IMG/VR virus record: IMGVR_UViG_3300028831_000229
Coordinates: 32,001-96,000 of that record
DNA length: 64,000 nucleotides
Source of the DNA: a virus
Strand: one strand, 5' to 3'
This document shows, piece by piece, positions 19,247 to 28,958 of this stretch; positions within the stretch are counted from its first letter, which is position 1, and each line of letters opens with the position of its first letter. Position numbers and translations under genes: made by a program. A model generated the notes under the pieces. The model searched no databases. It had not been told where the DNA came from and saw only the letters and a list, made by a program, of their open reading frames with translations.

Positions 19247-20485
19247 ATGAGCAGAGGAGAAGATGATGAGGCACTCGACTCGACGCCGTTCCACGGCATC
19301 AGGATGGACTGGAGTGGGTTCCCGACGTTGTCGCGTGATCTGCTCAAGCCGTCCTCCAAGAACTACCGGACGGCGTGCGGCGACAACTGGCCGGCGTACG
19401 TCGTCTACCACCTCAACAAGTTGGCAGTCGACGGGCTGTTCGACAAAGACGTCATGCAGCTGAAGAACAAGCAGCAGAAGCGCGAGGCTCGAGAGATCGA
19501 CCGTGAGCGCATGCGTGCCGAGCATGTGCTCAAGGCGATGAAGGCCAAGGGCATCGCGCAAGAGATCAAGGATGCGTTCATCAAGGCGCGCTTCGGCGGC
19601 GACCTCGAGATCGCGAAGAGCGCGCGCACCGAGACCAAGCGGCAGGTCAAGTTCCAGCGTGGCGCGAAGGCCAAGGCGACGCATCCCGGAGTTCACAGGC
19701 ACGCCGCGCAAGAGCGACAGCGCATGGTGGCCTACGCACCGCGCTCGATCGCGGAGCAAGCGCTGAAGGAGGGCAACCCGTTCATCCGCCGCACGGCGAA
19801 GTACCGTGCGAACTGCAAGCACAAGTGGAAGAAGATCACCAGCGAGTGGAGCCAGTGTAAGCTCTGCGCGTGGTGCAAGCCACGCATCCCGGAAGACGAG
19901 ATGCTGCGCTTGCCGCCGATCCTTGAAGGTCGTGAGCTGCCACCGCTCAGCGAAGACCAGCAGTGGATCAACATGCGCAGCGTGAACACGCTGGCAGGGG
20001 TGGTGCTCAGCAAGATCTGCCGCGCCAAGCAGGTGCAGTACAGCTTCCAGCACGACCCGTACATCCTTCGCTACGGCATCGAGGTGAAGTTCAAGAACGG
20101 CTGGAAGGCAGCCGGCATCTTCTTCGAGACGGCGTGGTACCGCATCCTTCCCGTGCTCCAGGCGAACGGCGACAAGCCGAAGCGTCTGTGGCGCGCGATC
20201 CAGAAAGAACTCGGTCTCGACTGGTGGCCGCCGTGGCAGGTGCATCCTCGTCTGATTCCGCTGGGTGAACGCATGGCGCTATACCGCTGTGCCGACTGCT
20301 CGTTCACCCGGCGTCCTGGTTGGTGCAGTCGGCACATGTCGAACAACGAACGCTACAAAGAGGAGAAGAGACGTGAAGAAGAGAGGGACGAAGCCAGTGA
20401 AAAAGCCAAGCGCAAAGCGCTCCGCCGCCAAGCCAAAGCGCGCCGCGCGCGCGAAACCGAAGGCAAAAGCAAAGGCCGCACGTAA
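19247..20485 (+). CDS. Basic hypothetical protein with Cys/His clusters
   Basis: 412 aa; CKH..CKLC..C and C..C...WC.RH clusters. Confidence 0.65.
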   Translation: MSRGEDDEALDSTPFHGIRMDWSGFPTLSRDLLKPSSKNYRTACGDNWPAYVVYHLNKLAVDGLFDKDVMQLKNKQQKREAREIDRERMRAEHVLKAMKAKGIAQEIKDAFIKARFGGDLEIAKSARTETKRQVKFQRGAKAKATHPGVHRHAAQERQRMVAYAPRSIAEQALKEGNPFIRRTAKYRANCKHKWKKITSEWSQCKLCAWCKPRIPEDEMLRLPPILEGRELPPLSEDQQWINMRSVNTLAGVVLSKICRAKQVQYSFQHDPYILRYGIEVKFKNGWKAAGIFFETAWYRILPVLQANGDKPKRLWRAIQKELGLDWWPPWQVHPRLIPLGERMALYRCADCSFTRRPGWCSRHMSNNERYKEEKRREEERDEASEKAKRKALRRQAKARRARETEGKSKGRT

Positions 20486-21101
20486 GCCGGTCGCCAAGCG
20501 TGTCGTGAAGAAGGTGACGCCGAAGAAGGGCGGCGGCTTCAAGACGCACGCCATGCGCGTGACCACCAGCTCGAAGAAGCACAAGTGGCGTACCGATCCG
20601 CGCCTCATCAAGCTCATCGAGCGGTTCGCGAAGGGTAAGATCGGTCTCGACCCGTGCGCGGCGAAGGCTGAGAAACACCAGTTCGCGAAGGTCAACTACT
20701 CGCTGCACAACGGCAAGGACGGTCTCAAGGAAAAGTGGACCGGGTTTGGTGTGGTGTACGCGAACCCGGAGTACGCGCGTAGCACGCTGCTCAAGTTCAT
20801 CAACAAAGGCGTCAACGAGTTCGCTGAGAGTCGCGACATCGAGGCGTCTGGTCTCAAGGTCAACAAGACCGATCACCTCTTCCTGCTCGTGCCGGCGCGT
20901 CCTGACACGCGGTGGTTCCACGACGTGCTGCTCAAGCACATGACCGGGATGTGCTTCTGGAAGGGACGGCTGAAGTTCAGCGACAGCGATCCGGCGCCGT
21001 TCCCGTCGCTCATCATCTACTTCGGCCACAAGCCGAACCGCTTCCGCAAGCTGTTCGTGAAGCACGGCTGGGTCATCATCAACGGAAGGAAGCAGTCGTG
21101 A
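20373..21101 (+). CDS. Phage N6-adenine DNA methyltransferase (Dam-like family) with a basic N-terminal extension
   Basis: W.T.P, LDPCA, DGL..W, VYANPEY (NPPY position), LLVPARPDTRWFH, GRLKF, APFPS. Confidence 0.85.
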   Translation: MKKRGTKPVKKPSAKRSAAKPKRAARAKPKAKAKAARKPVAKRVVKKVTPKKGGGFKTHAMRVTTSSKKHKWRTDPRLIKLIERFAKGKIGLDPCAAKAEKHQFAKVNYSLHNGKDGLKEKWTGFGVVYANPEYARSTLLKFINKGVNEFAESRDIEASGLKVNKTDHLFLLVPARPDTRWFHDVLLKHMTGMCFWKGRLKFSDSDPAPFPSLIIYFGHKPNRFRKLFVKHGWVIINGRKQS

Positions 21102-21358
21102 TCAAGTACAAGGCAACGCTCGAGGTCGAGATCCACGTGCCGGACGCGTATCCCGAGGAGCAGATCCCGACGGCGGAGCAGTTGCGCGAGGCGTTGCTGT
21201 GCACCGCTCCGTCGAATCGTGGCAACGGCTACGCAGTGTGCGCCAAGGCTGACACGTCGAAGGTGACGGCCGGGCTCCACGTCACCAAGGTCACCTTCGA
21301 CTCGAAGCCGTGCGTCGCGTGCGGACACCTCGAACCCATCGTGGAGAAGATCAAGTGA
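21098..21358 (+). CDS. Hypothetical protein
   Basis: GTGA overlap; C-terminal CxxC. Confidence 0.5.
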   Translation: MIKYKATLEVEIHVPDAYPEEQIPTAEQLREALLCTAPSNRGNGYAVCAKADTSKVTAGLHVTKVTFDSKPCVACGHLEPIVEKIK

Positions 21359-21738
21359 CGAGAACGTACGCCATCCTCGAAGTCCACAAGACCACGTTCG
21401 ATGACATCGCCAAAAAGCTTCGCGCCGCGGACTACGATCACGCGTTCCACGACGACGTGATCGACATGCACGGCATCGCGCTCAAGGCGTTGCCCAAGCG
21501 CACCGAGCAGTCCGACGGCCACGGCGGCGGCATGTCCGGTCACGATGACGACATCGAGCCGCTGAGCGACCAGGAACTGACCGACCTCGATATCGCGGCC
21601 AGCGTGGGAGACTTCGGCACGTGCGGCGACGAGATCCATCGGGCAACCGATGAGATCCGGTGGCTTCGTGCCAAGCTCCGTACGCGCGAGGTCGAGCTAG
21701 CGCTCGCAACTGAGAAGCGAGACGGGCACGAATCGTAG
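21355..21738 (+). CDS. Hypothetical protein
   Basis: GTGA overlap; TYAILEV...I..KLRAADY.HAF...IDMHGIAL. Confidence 0.55.
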   Translation: MTRTYAILEVHKTTFDDIAKKLRAADYDHAFHDDVIDMHGIALKALPKRTEQSDGHGGGMSGHDDDIEPLSDQELTDLDIAASVGDFGTCGDEIHRATDEIRWLRAKLRTREVELALATEKRDGHES

Positions 21739-21774
21739 TATCATCCTTGGGTACCCGTTCCCAAGGAGACCACG

Positions 21775-22983
21775 ATGATGCGCATGTTCCTTCTCGTCTG
21801 CTTGACCGCCTGCTCTGCAAGCGTGTCGCTCGAACCGACGGCTTCCGTCTTGGAGGCTGTGTCTGACGACCCGTTGTGCGCCGTGACGACCGATGACACG
21901 GCGCTGGTGACGTCCGCGATGCAGAGCGCGACGTGCTTGCCCGACGGTACGTACCACATCGCGATGGCACCGCTCGGTCCGACTGGCCGTCGTCGCGATG
22001 CGATGCTGGCCGGCGGTACGCTGTGCGGCGTGCGGTCGAGCACCACGATCATGTTCCACGGTGACGCGAGCGGCATGTTCTGGGCAGGTGTGCTCGACGC
22101 CAGCGTGAACAACGTCAAGCTCGACACGCACTGCGTGTTCAACACACCGGAGCAGGCGCACCTCATCCGGCTGACCACCAACGGTCACGTCATCCGAGAC
22201 GTGGAGCTGGTGCACCCGAAGCGTAGTCCGTCGGCTGGTGACGACATCAACATCGTCGGCTCGCTCACCACACCCATCCAGGGCTTGGTGATCGACAACG
22301 TCAAGTTCACGTCGTGCGCCAGGTTCGGTGTGCAGATCTCGCGCGGCGTGACCAACGGCGTGATCAGCAACAGCGACTTCGGAGACGGCTGCGCCTTCGG
22401 CAGCGAAGGCGCGGGAGGGATCGATGGCTTGCGCATCGAGCATAGCAGGTTCGTGTCCACGACGCCGGGCCTGGCGCTCAACATCCAGCGCCAGACCAAC
22501 ACGGTCGTGTCGCACGTCGAGCTGCACGGCAGGACCATCCTCTTGTACTTCTGCGATGGATGCAGGGTCGAGCACAGCACGGTGTCCGACCTCATCCAAG
22601 TCACGCCTGGTGACTACGTCGGCGCGGTGACCATCGCGAACAGCGCCCACAACGTGACGCTGACCGACCTCACGCTGACGCAGTCTTCGCCTCTCGCTGC
22701 ATCGCTGGTGCGCATCACGCCGTTGCGCACCAACATGCAGGCCGACTTGGCGAACATCCTCATCACCGACAGCACGCTGACCCAGAGCACGCAAGCACCG
22801 CTGGTGGTGGCGCGAGGCGTGACCGGCGTGACGATCCAGAACAGCAACCTCACCTACAACGGCGTGACGACCTACGTCCCGGTCGTGCTCGATGCCGCGG
22901 CTTCCGTGGCAACGACACCGGCCGTGAGCGTTCCGACAACCGGCATCGTGTTGAGTAACAACACGACCGTCGGCATCCCGTAG
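21775..22983 (+). CDS. Lipoprotein with a right-handed beta-helix (pectin-lyase-like) fold
   Basis: Signal peptide with lipobox LTAC; repeated V/I-x-I-x-N/D-S beta-helix rungs; T/S/N/V-rich. Confidence 0.7.
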   Translation: MMRMFLLVCLTACSASVSLEPTASVLEAVSDDPLCAVTTDDTALVTSAMQSATCLPDGTYHIAMAPLGPTGRRRDAMLAGGTLCGVRSSTTIMFHGDASGMFWAGVLDASVNNVKLDTHCVFNTPEQAHLIRLTTNGHVIRDVELVHPKRSPSAGDDINIVGSLTTPIQGLVIDNVKFTSCARFGVQISRGVTNGVISNSDFGDGCAFGSEGAGGIDGLRIEHSRFVSTTPGLALNIQRQTNTVVSHVELHGRTILLYFCDGCRVEHSTVSDLIQVTPGDYVGAVTIANSAHNVTLTDLTLTQSSPLAASLVRITPLRTNMQADLANILITDSTLTQSTQAPLVVARGVTGVTIQNSNLTYNGVTTYVPVVLDAAASVATTPAVSVPTTGIVLSNNTTVGIP

Positions 22984-23014
22984 CTACCAACCACGAGAAG
23001 AGGAGAAGACGACC

Positions 23015-23437
23015 ATGAGTGAAGACGAGGTGACGACGCCGGAGAGGCTCGTCATGCTGACCAAGCGCAGCTTCGCTGTGATGCTGCTCAAGCGGCTCAG
23101 CGGCGGGCTCGCTGGCGTGCTCGTTGACGAAGACGAGCACCGCTTCGTCGTGCACTTCCCGGTGCTCGGCGGCAACGTGAAGATGACGATCGACCTGGAC
23201 GAGACGCGCCCCGGCGGCATCCCGATCCAGGAGGTCGACGGCTTCACCAACCTCAAGCAGCAGCGCGAGCTGCTGATGGTGCTCGCAGGTCACACTGCCT
23301 GGGAGCAACAGGAAGGCACGATGCGCAATCGCATCCTCGGCATCGCCAAGGAGATGGAGGAGGCGGGCTACGAGAGTCTGCCTCGGTCTCTCCGTGACCA
23401 CGTCGACTGGCTGGACCAGGAAGGCAGGACCGAATGA
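23015..23437 (+). CDS. Hypothetical protein
   Basis: ACGAGAAGAGGAGAAGA leader. Confidence 0.6.
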   Translation: MSEDEVTTPERLVMLTKRSFAVMLLKRLSGGLAGVLVDEDEHRFVVHFPVLGGNVKMTIDLDETRPGGIPIQEVDGFTNLKQQRELLMVLAGHTAWEQQEGTMRNRILGIAKEMEEAGYESLPRSLRDHVDWLDQEGRTE

Positions 23438-23700
23438 AGTGCGGCAACTGCAACACTGAAGACGGCCACGCCGAGTGGTGCATCGTGCCCAAGCAGGCGG
23501 CGCGCGACCGCCAGTTCCGTGAGCACTACGCGCGCGAGATCTACTCGGCCATGCGCGACGAGATCCGCAACGCGATCGAGAAGGCACGCGCCGACATGGC
23601 ACATTACCAGCGTACCGGCGAGGGTCACCTGTCCCTCATCCGCGACTACACCATCTCGATGGACAAGCTACTCGACCACATCAACAGGATGAGCCCATGA
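23434..23700 (+). CDS. Hypothetical protein
   Basis: ATGA overlap; CxxC..H...C. Confidence 0.55.
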   Translation: MKCGNCNTEDGHAEWCIVPKQAARDRQFREHYAREIYSAMRDEIRNAIEKARADMAHYQRTGEGHLSLIRDYTISMDKLLDHINRMSP

Positions 23701-24020
23701 GCGACCGAGCCTTGTGCGAAGTGAAGTGCGACCGTTGCGGCAACACGTCCATTGTGGCGGCTGACTTGGTGGACGATCGCATCGTGCCTGCCGTCTACCC
23801 GGAGAACTGGAGCGGCGTCCACCAGCACAAGTGGAAAGTGCACGGACCGAACAAGTTCGACCTCTGCCGCGCGTGTGCGCTCGACTTCGAGAACTGGATG
23901 AAACTGCGCGACCCCATCGGACGTCCACTTCCGTGCAGGCATGCTGGTTGTACGCATACCGCCAACGTCGACACGAAGACCCCGTACTGCATGAACCACA
24001 TCAACGACGACAACGAGTAG
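23697..24020 (+). CDS. Zn-finger hypothetical protein
   Basis: CDRCG...DLCRAC...C...C..YC..H. Confidence 0.6.
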   Translation: MSDRALCEVKCDRCGNTSIVAADLVDDRIVPAVYPENWSGVHQHKWKVHGPNKFDLCRACALDFENWMKLRDPIGRPLPCRHAGCTHTANVDTKTPYCMNHINDDNE

Positions 24021-24031
24021 AGGAGAAGACC

Positions 24032-24490
24032 ATGACGACCCCAATCAGTGACGAGCGCGCGCAGAAGATGACCGAGGAATACCAGCAGCTGATGGCGATT
24101 GCCGTCAAGCAGCTGGACGAGCACAAGGTGTGGTTGAAGGACCGCATCGCGGCGCTCACCAGCATGACGAGTTTCGACCGGGCGACGCTCGCGTACCAGG
24201 TCGACCGCATCGAGCTGGAGACCGTCTACGCCGAGCCCAACGTGACGCAGCTCCTATACGAGGACGGCGTGCTCGTGCCGAAGAAGACGATGTCGCTCGT
24301 CTGGCAGTACCCGGACGAGCTGATCGCGTTCCTCACGAGCGACCTCGCAACCGAGGAGCTGCGCAACACGCTGGACGGCGCCAACTTCCACAGCGAAGAA
24401 GACCAGCCGGCGTTCCACCTCAAGAAGGCCACGGACGCCGAAGTCCAGGCGGAAGCCGAGAAGGCGCGGGCTCAACGAGACACACCGTGA
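24032..24490 (+). CDS. Hypothetical protein
   Basis: gaggagaagac leader. Confidence 0.6.
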   Translation: MTTPISDERAQKMTEEYQQLMAIAVKQLDEHKVWLKDRIAALTSMTSFDRATLAYQVDRIELETVYAEPNVTQLLYEDGVLVPKKTMSLVWQYPDELIAFLTSDLATEELRNTLDGANFHSEEDQPAFHLKKATDAEVQAEAEKARAQRDTP

Positions 24491-25119
24491 GTGACCTCGA
24501 TGACATGCGGCGTGAGATGGCCGCGCTCAGTGGCAAGAGCGGGAAGAAGCGCTTGCCGAGCGAGCGCGTGCCTGACACGTCGCTCGCCAAGATGAACCGT
24601 CGCCAAGCACGTCGGCGCTCCAAGGCCAAGGGCAGCAGCAACGAGCGTGTCGTGGCCAAGATGTTCGAGGCGTGGTGCGGCTGGAAGGTGAAGCGCACCC
24701 CGCAGAGCGGTGGCTGGTCGACCGCGGCGTTCGGCGTGACCGGCGACCTGGTCTGCGAGGACAAGCGCTTCCCGTTCCACGTCGAGTGCAAGAAGCGCGA
24801 GGACTGGCAGCTGGACGACCTGGTCACCGGCGTGCGCGTGAAGGACGAGCGATCCATCCTCGAGTGGTGGAAGCAGACGATCCGCACGTGCCCGAAGAAC
24901 AAGGAGCCGCTCCTCGTCTTCACGCGGAACAACAAGGCGCAGCTGGTGATGGTGCGCTCGTTCTGGTTCTCGGATTTCCGCGATCCGGACGCCAACGAGG
25001 TCCCCAAGTTCGTCATCACCTTGCAAGACCTGCCAGTTCCCGATACCGTGAGCATCATGCGGCTGGACCTGTTCCTTGCTGCACTACCGCCGCCGAAGCG
25101 GAAGGAGAAGAGGAAGTGA
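24487..25119 (+). CDS. Holliday junction resolvase (PD-(D/E)XK, Hjc-like)
   Basis: SKAKGSSNER.VAK...KRTPQSGG...GDL...HVECKKRE...WWKQ...PLLVF.RN. Confidence 0.85.
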   Translation: MSDLDDMRREMAALSGKSGKKRLPSERVPDTSLAKMNRRQARRRSKAKGSSNERVVAKMFEAWCGWKVKRTPQSGGWSTAAFGVTGDLVCEDKRFPFHVECKKREDWQLDDLVTGVRVKDERSILEWWKQTIRTCPKNKEPLLVFTRNNKAQLVMVRSFWFSDFRDPDANEVPKFVITLQDLPVPDTVSIMRLDLFLAALPPPKRKEKRK

Positions 25120-25469
25120 AGAGACCACGCAACATCGACTTCGTCTGCCCGGACTGCGACCACCGCGAGACGCGACTCGTCGAGACCAACGACGATGGGA
25201 CCGTCATCGAGGAGCAGCACTGCGAGCAAGCGATCACCAACACGGACGACGTCTGCGAGCTGCCGTGCGGCGCCACCTGTGGCGGTGTCATGGTGGCTCA
25301 GGAGTACGGCGTCGGAGGCTACTCGCAGACCATCAACAAGAACAACGCCGACTTCGCCGAGAGGCAGCGCGAGCGCCTCGAGAAGCGCTCATGGGAGCAC
25401 TGGCAGAAGAAGGGCAGAGACGAGGCCGTCGATCGGCAGCGCGCTCTGGAGAAGAAATACGGAGCCTGA
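25116..25469 (+). CDS. FmdB-like Zn-ribbon protein
   Basis: DFVCPDCDH...C..CGG.M. Confidence 0.55.
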   Translation: MKRPRNIDFVCPDCDHRETRLVETNDDGTVIEEQHCEQAITNTDDVCELPCGATCGGVMVAQEYGVGGYSQTINKNNADFAERQRERLEKRSWEHWQKKGRDEAVDRQRALEKKYGA

Positions 25470-25518
25470 CGTGCCTGCAACCCCAATCCGTCTGAAGTTC
25501 AACGACGAGGAGAAGACG

Positions 25519-25803
25519 ATGCCCCGTCTCAAGCGAGAAGAGCAGATCGAGCTGCTCAGGAACCTGGCCACCACGATGGTGAAGTCCGTGGCCGAGAAGC
25601 CCGAGGAGGTGGTCGTCCGCATGGTCGACACGCAGCACAACCTCGTGTTCGAGATCTGCGTCGCGTCCAGTGACATGGGCCTCGTGCTCGGCCGTGACGG
25701 CTGCACCGCGGAGTCGATGCGCGACGTCATGTACGTCGCGTGCAAGAAGACCGACTTCAAGATCACGCTGGACATCGTGACCAAGGACAAGCGCGGTGGC
25801 TAG
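25519..25803 (+). CDS. khpA: KhpA/YlqC-like single KH-domain protein
   Basis: LV..P.EV.V...V...DMG.V.GR.G.TA...R...-type pattern (MVKSVAEKPEEVVV...VASSDMGLVLGRDGCTAESMR) and a size typical of KhpA. Confidence 0.8.
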   Translation: MPRLKREEQIELLRNLATTMVKSVAEKPEEVVVRMVDTQHNLVFEICVASSDMGLVLGRDGCTAESMRDVMYVACKKTDFKITLDIVTKDKRGG

Positions 25804-26047
25804 CCTGTGTCCCGGCTGCCTCCGGGACGACTGCGACGGATGCACTGCCTTGCAGGACGTGCGTACCAAATGCGATCACCCCGAGCACCGGCGCGGCACG
25901 CGCGGTGGTCTTGGTGCGAACCAGGAGGTCTGCATGAACTGCGGGGAGACCGTGCTCAAGCGACGCTCGAAGTGAGCACGACGCGCTGAGGCCGCTCGTG
26001 CACAACGAGTGAGCACAGCGCGGTATGTGCATGCACAGCGGGTCGAG

Positions 26048-26086
26048 GCTGGCGTGCTGGCATTCCGTCGACGCCAGCACGCCAGC
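26048..26086. repeat. Perfect 14-bp inverted repeat upstream of the terminase operon
   Basis: GCTGGCGTGCTGGC-11 nt-GCCAGCACGCCAGC. Confidence 0.85.
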
Positions 26087-26091
26087 TTGCA

Positions 26092-26382
26092 GTGGTTGCC
26101 TTGTGCACCGCGGCGCGTTACAGTGCGCACATGCCGGGCATCAGGCGGCGCACAGTCAGAAAACCAGCTGCCATGGCCAGGGCACGCTGGTATGCCGCGC
26201 GGGGTTACCCGCACAGTTTCATCGCGGCCAAGGTCGGCGTCACACGCAACACGGTGCGGAAGTGGTGCGTCAAGTACGAGGCCAGGCGCTCACTTGACAG
26301 GCTGGTTGCACGCATCATGGGCTTGTCGGAGACGCAGCGGCGTGCGTTGATGGATCGCATCACCACGAGGACCGCGTCATGA
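26092..26382 (+). CDS. Small HTH protein
   Basis: GYPHSFIAAKVGVTRNTVRKW; start uncertain (possibly ATG 26131). Confidence 0.6.
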   Translation: MVALCTAARYSAHMPGIRRRTVRKPAAMARARWYAARGYPHSFIAAKVGVTRNTVRKWCVKYEARRSLDRLVARIMGLSETQRRALMDRITTRTAS

Positions 26383-27173
26383 ACAAGAAGCCCGTCGACC
26401 TCATCAAGGCAGACGCCAAGCTGCGCGAGATCAAGAAGCGCAAGCCCAAGGTCGCCGCTGCCAAGGAGACACCACCGCCGCTCGCGTTGCCGGCCGCCGC
26501 GACACCAGCCGTGGCATCGCCAGCAGCCGAAGAGACCGCGGCTCAGGAAGATGAAGCTTGGGCCTGGACACCGGAGCGCGAGAAGGCAGTGCAACAGGTG
26601 GTTGCTGGCATTCCCAAGACGCAGATCGCGGACAAGCTCGGCGTCCACCGCAACACGGTCAACAACTGGTGCAAGCACCCAGAGTTCGTGGCACGCGTGC
26701 GAGAGCTGACCGATGACCGCGTCAACACCACGCGCCAGCGCCGACACGTGGAGACGCAGCTCTTCACGGACAAGATCGCCAAGGCCGCGCACACGATGCT
26801 CGATGTCGCGATCAAGAACCCGAAGGACGGCACCGCTGTCCGCGCTGCGCGCGAGTGGCTCGGTGAGTACCGCTCCTTCCGTGCGGAAGAGCGCATCGAC
26901 ACGGGTGACAACGTCGCGCACGTGAAGCACGAGCACGAAGGCTCGGTCAACCACAGCCACACGCTCAGCACGAAGTCCTTCAAGGGGTTCATGCAGGAGG
27001 CGCTCGGCAGCAACATCATCGACGCCGAGTGCATCGAGGCGAACGACGTGCACGGCATCATCCTCCAGGCGACGCAGCAAGCGCTCGTGGAGGGGACGCT
27101 GCTGGACGACCTCGCGGAGGAAGAGCGCCACCTCAAGCTGGACGCGCACACGCAGGTGGAGAAGAAGCCGTGA
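26379..27173 (+). CDS. Putative terminase small subunit (HTH)
   Basis: TQIADKLGVHRNTVNNWCKHPEF HTH; directly upstream of and overlapping terL. Confidence 0.65.
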   Translation: MNKKPVDLIKADAKLREIKKRKPKVAAAKETPPPLALPAAATPAVASPAAEETAAQEDEAWAWTPEREKAVQQVVAGIPKTQIADKLGVHRNTVNNWCKHPEFVARVRELTDDRVNTTRQRRHVETQLFTDKIAKAAHTMLDVAIKNPKDGTAVRAAREWLGEYRSFRAEERIDTGDNVAHVKHEHEGSVNHSHTLSTKSFKGFMQEALGSNIIDAECIEANDVHGIILQATQQALVEGTLLDDLAEEERHLKLDAHTQVEKKP

Positions 27174-28933
27174 TTACGCGCGCACAACTCGAGGAGACCA
27201 TCCGGCGCATGCCCGATGCGCCGGTCGGCGTGGTGCTCGAAGAGCTGAGCCGCCAGGACCCGGTGCTGTGGTGCATGTTCTACCGCCGGCTGCGTGGCCA
27301 TCCGCTGACGTTCGACAACAGCAGGCAGCTCACGGAGGCCGCGCTTGAGCAGACCAAGCGCGAGATCCGCGACCCGGAGAAGTACAAGCGCGAGGTGCAG
27401 TCGCGTTTGCTGCGCCATCGACCGTTCATCATGCAGCCGATGAGCGACACGCACCCGTGGAAGGTCTACGAAAAGGCGCGGCAGATCGGCATCAGCGAGA
27501 CCTCCATCAGCGAGGTCATCCACTTCCTGTGGACCAACCCGACCACGAAGTGGATCTACACGTTCCCTCGCGACACGCAGCTCCGCGACTTCAGCACCAC
27601 GCGCATCGCCGAGGCGTTCGCCGAGACGCCGCGCATGCGCTCGCTGCTCGGCACGCCGAACCAGATCTACACCAAGAAAATCGGCGAGGCGTACCTCATC
27701 CTGCGCTCAGCCTGGGAGAGCAACCTCGGTGAGGGCATCGACGCCGACGGTGTGACCCTGGACGAGAAGGACCGCATGAAGGAAGGCGTCGAGGTCGCCT
27801 TCCGCGAGTCGATGAAGTCCTCCAAGTTCGGCTTCCTGCGCGAGGTCAGCACGCCGACGCTCCCTGGTCGTGGCGTGGACGCGAGCTTCAAGGAGAGCGA
27901 CCAGCAGTGCTGGCTCGTGCGCTGCGTGAAGTGCAGGCTGGAGCAGGAGATCGCCTGGCCGGACAACATCCACCAGGAGCTGGACTACCCGCTCGGCACC
28001 AAGGAGCTGCCGGATGGTGCGTACGAGTACCGCTGCCGGCGCTCGAAGTGCCAAGGCTTGCTCGACCGCGTGCACGGTCGCTGGGTACCGCGGTTCCCCG
28101 ACAAGAAGAACATCCGCGGCTACCACATGCCGCAGACGATCGCGCCGTGGATCACCGCGACGCGCCTGATGCAGAACAAGATCGACTACAAGTTCATCCA
28201 GCTCTGGACGAACTACTGCCTGGGGCTGCCGGCGATCAGCAACGACGTGCTACTCAGCGATGCCGACTACGACGCAGCGTGCGCGGGTCACCAGCTCGTC
28301 CTGCGCCGCACGCGCGACTGGCACAACATCTCGGTCGGCATCGACTGGGGCCACCTCAACTGGGTGGTCGTCATCGCGCAGAGCACGCATAACAACCTCT
28401 TCTACCTGCTCAACCTCGGTGTGTTCGAGGACAACTACTCGCAGGAGCTGGAGAGCGTCAAGGACATCGAGAAGTTCATCGCGCCCTACGAGCCTGACCG
28501 CATCATCGCGGATGCCGGCTTCGGCAAGGACCGCAACGCGTACCTGATGCGGAAGTTCTCGCCGCGTGGTCTCGGCCGGTTCTACAGCTGCCAGTACAAC
28601 CCGTCGACCAAGCACAGCCGCACCTTCCAGCCGGTGTGGTCGGCGCCTGACCAGGGACGTCTGCTGGTCGACCGCACCATGAGCATCAAGACGGTGTGCC
28701 GCGCAGTGAAGGAGCGCGAGTTCGGCATCCCTGACCTTGGCTTGGAGAAGACGCAGCTCTGGAAGCGTCACTTCAAGAACCTCGCGCCGCTGCGTGTGGA
28801 AGAAGAGGGAGAGATCGTCGAGGACATCAGCCACACCGGCGATGACCACCTGGTGCACGCCACGGTCTACGCGTGGCTCGGCATCGAGCACATCACGAAA
28901 GGCGGACGGTTCTCGTTCGACTTCCTGGGATGA
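27170..28933 (+). CDS. terL: Terminase large subunit (GpA/Herelleviridae-like)
   Basis: KARQIGISE, YTFP, LDEKDRM, STPT.PG.G, CxxC, NYCLG, GIDWG, IIADAG, DDH..HA. Confidence 0.92.
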   Translation: MITRAQLEETIRRMPDAPVGVVLEELSRQDPVLWCMFYRRLRGHPLTFDNSRQLTEAALEQTKREIRDPEKYKREVQSRLLRHRPFIMQPMSDTHPWKVYEKARQIGISETSISEVIHFLWTNPTTKWIYTFPRDTQLRDFSTTRIAEAFAETPRMRSLLGTPNQIYTKKIGEAYLILRSAWESNLGEGIDADGVTLDEKDRMKEGVEVAFRESMKSSKFGFLREVSTPTLPGRGVDASFKESDQQCWLVRCVKCRLEQEIAWPDNIHQELDYPLGTKELPDGAYEYRCRRSKCQGLLDRVHGRWVPRFPDKKNIRGYHMPQTIAPWITATRLMQNKIDYKFIQLWTNYCLGLPAISNDVLLSDADYDAACAGHQLVLRRTRDWHNISVGIDWGHLNWVVVIAQSTHNNLFYLLNLGVFEDNYSQELESVKDIEKFIAPYEPDRIIADAGFGKDRNAYLMRKFSPRGLGRFYSCQYNPSTKHSRTFQPVWSAPDQGRLLVDRTMSIKTVCRAVKEREFGIPDLGLEKTQLWKRHFKNLAPLRVEEEGEIVEDISHTGDDHLVHATVYAWLGIEHITKGGRFSFDFLG

Positions 28934-28958
28934 GCAGCACACAGAAAGAACAGGCGTC

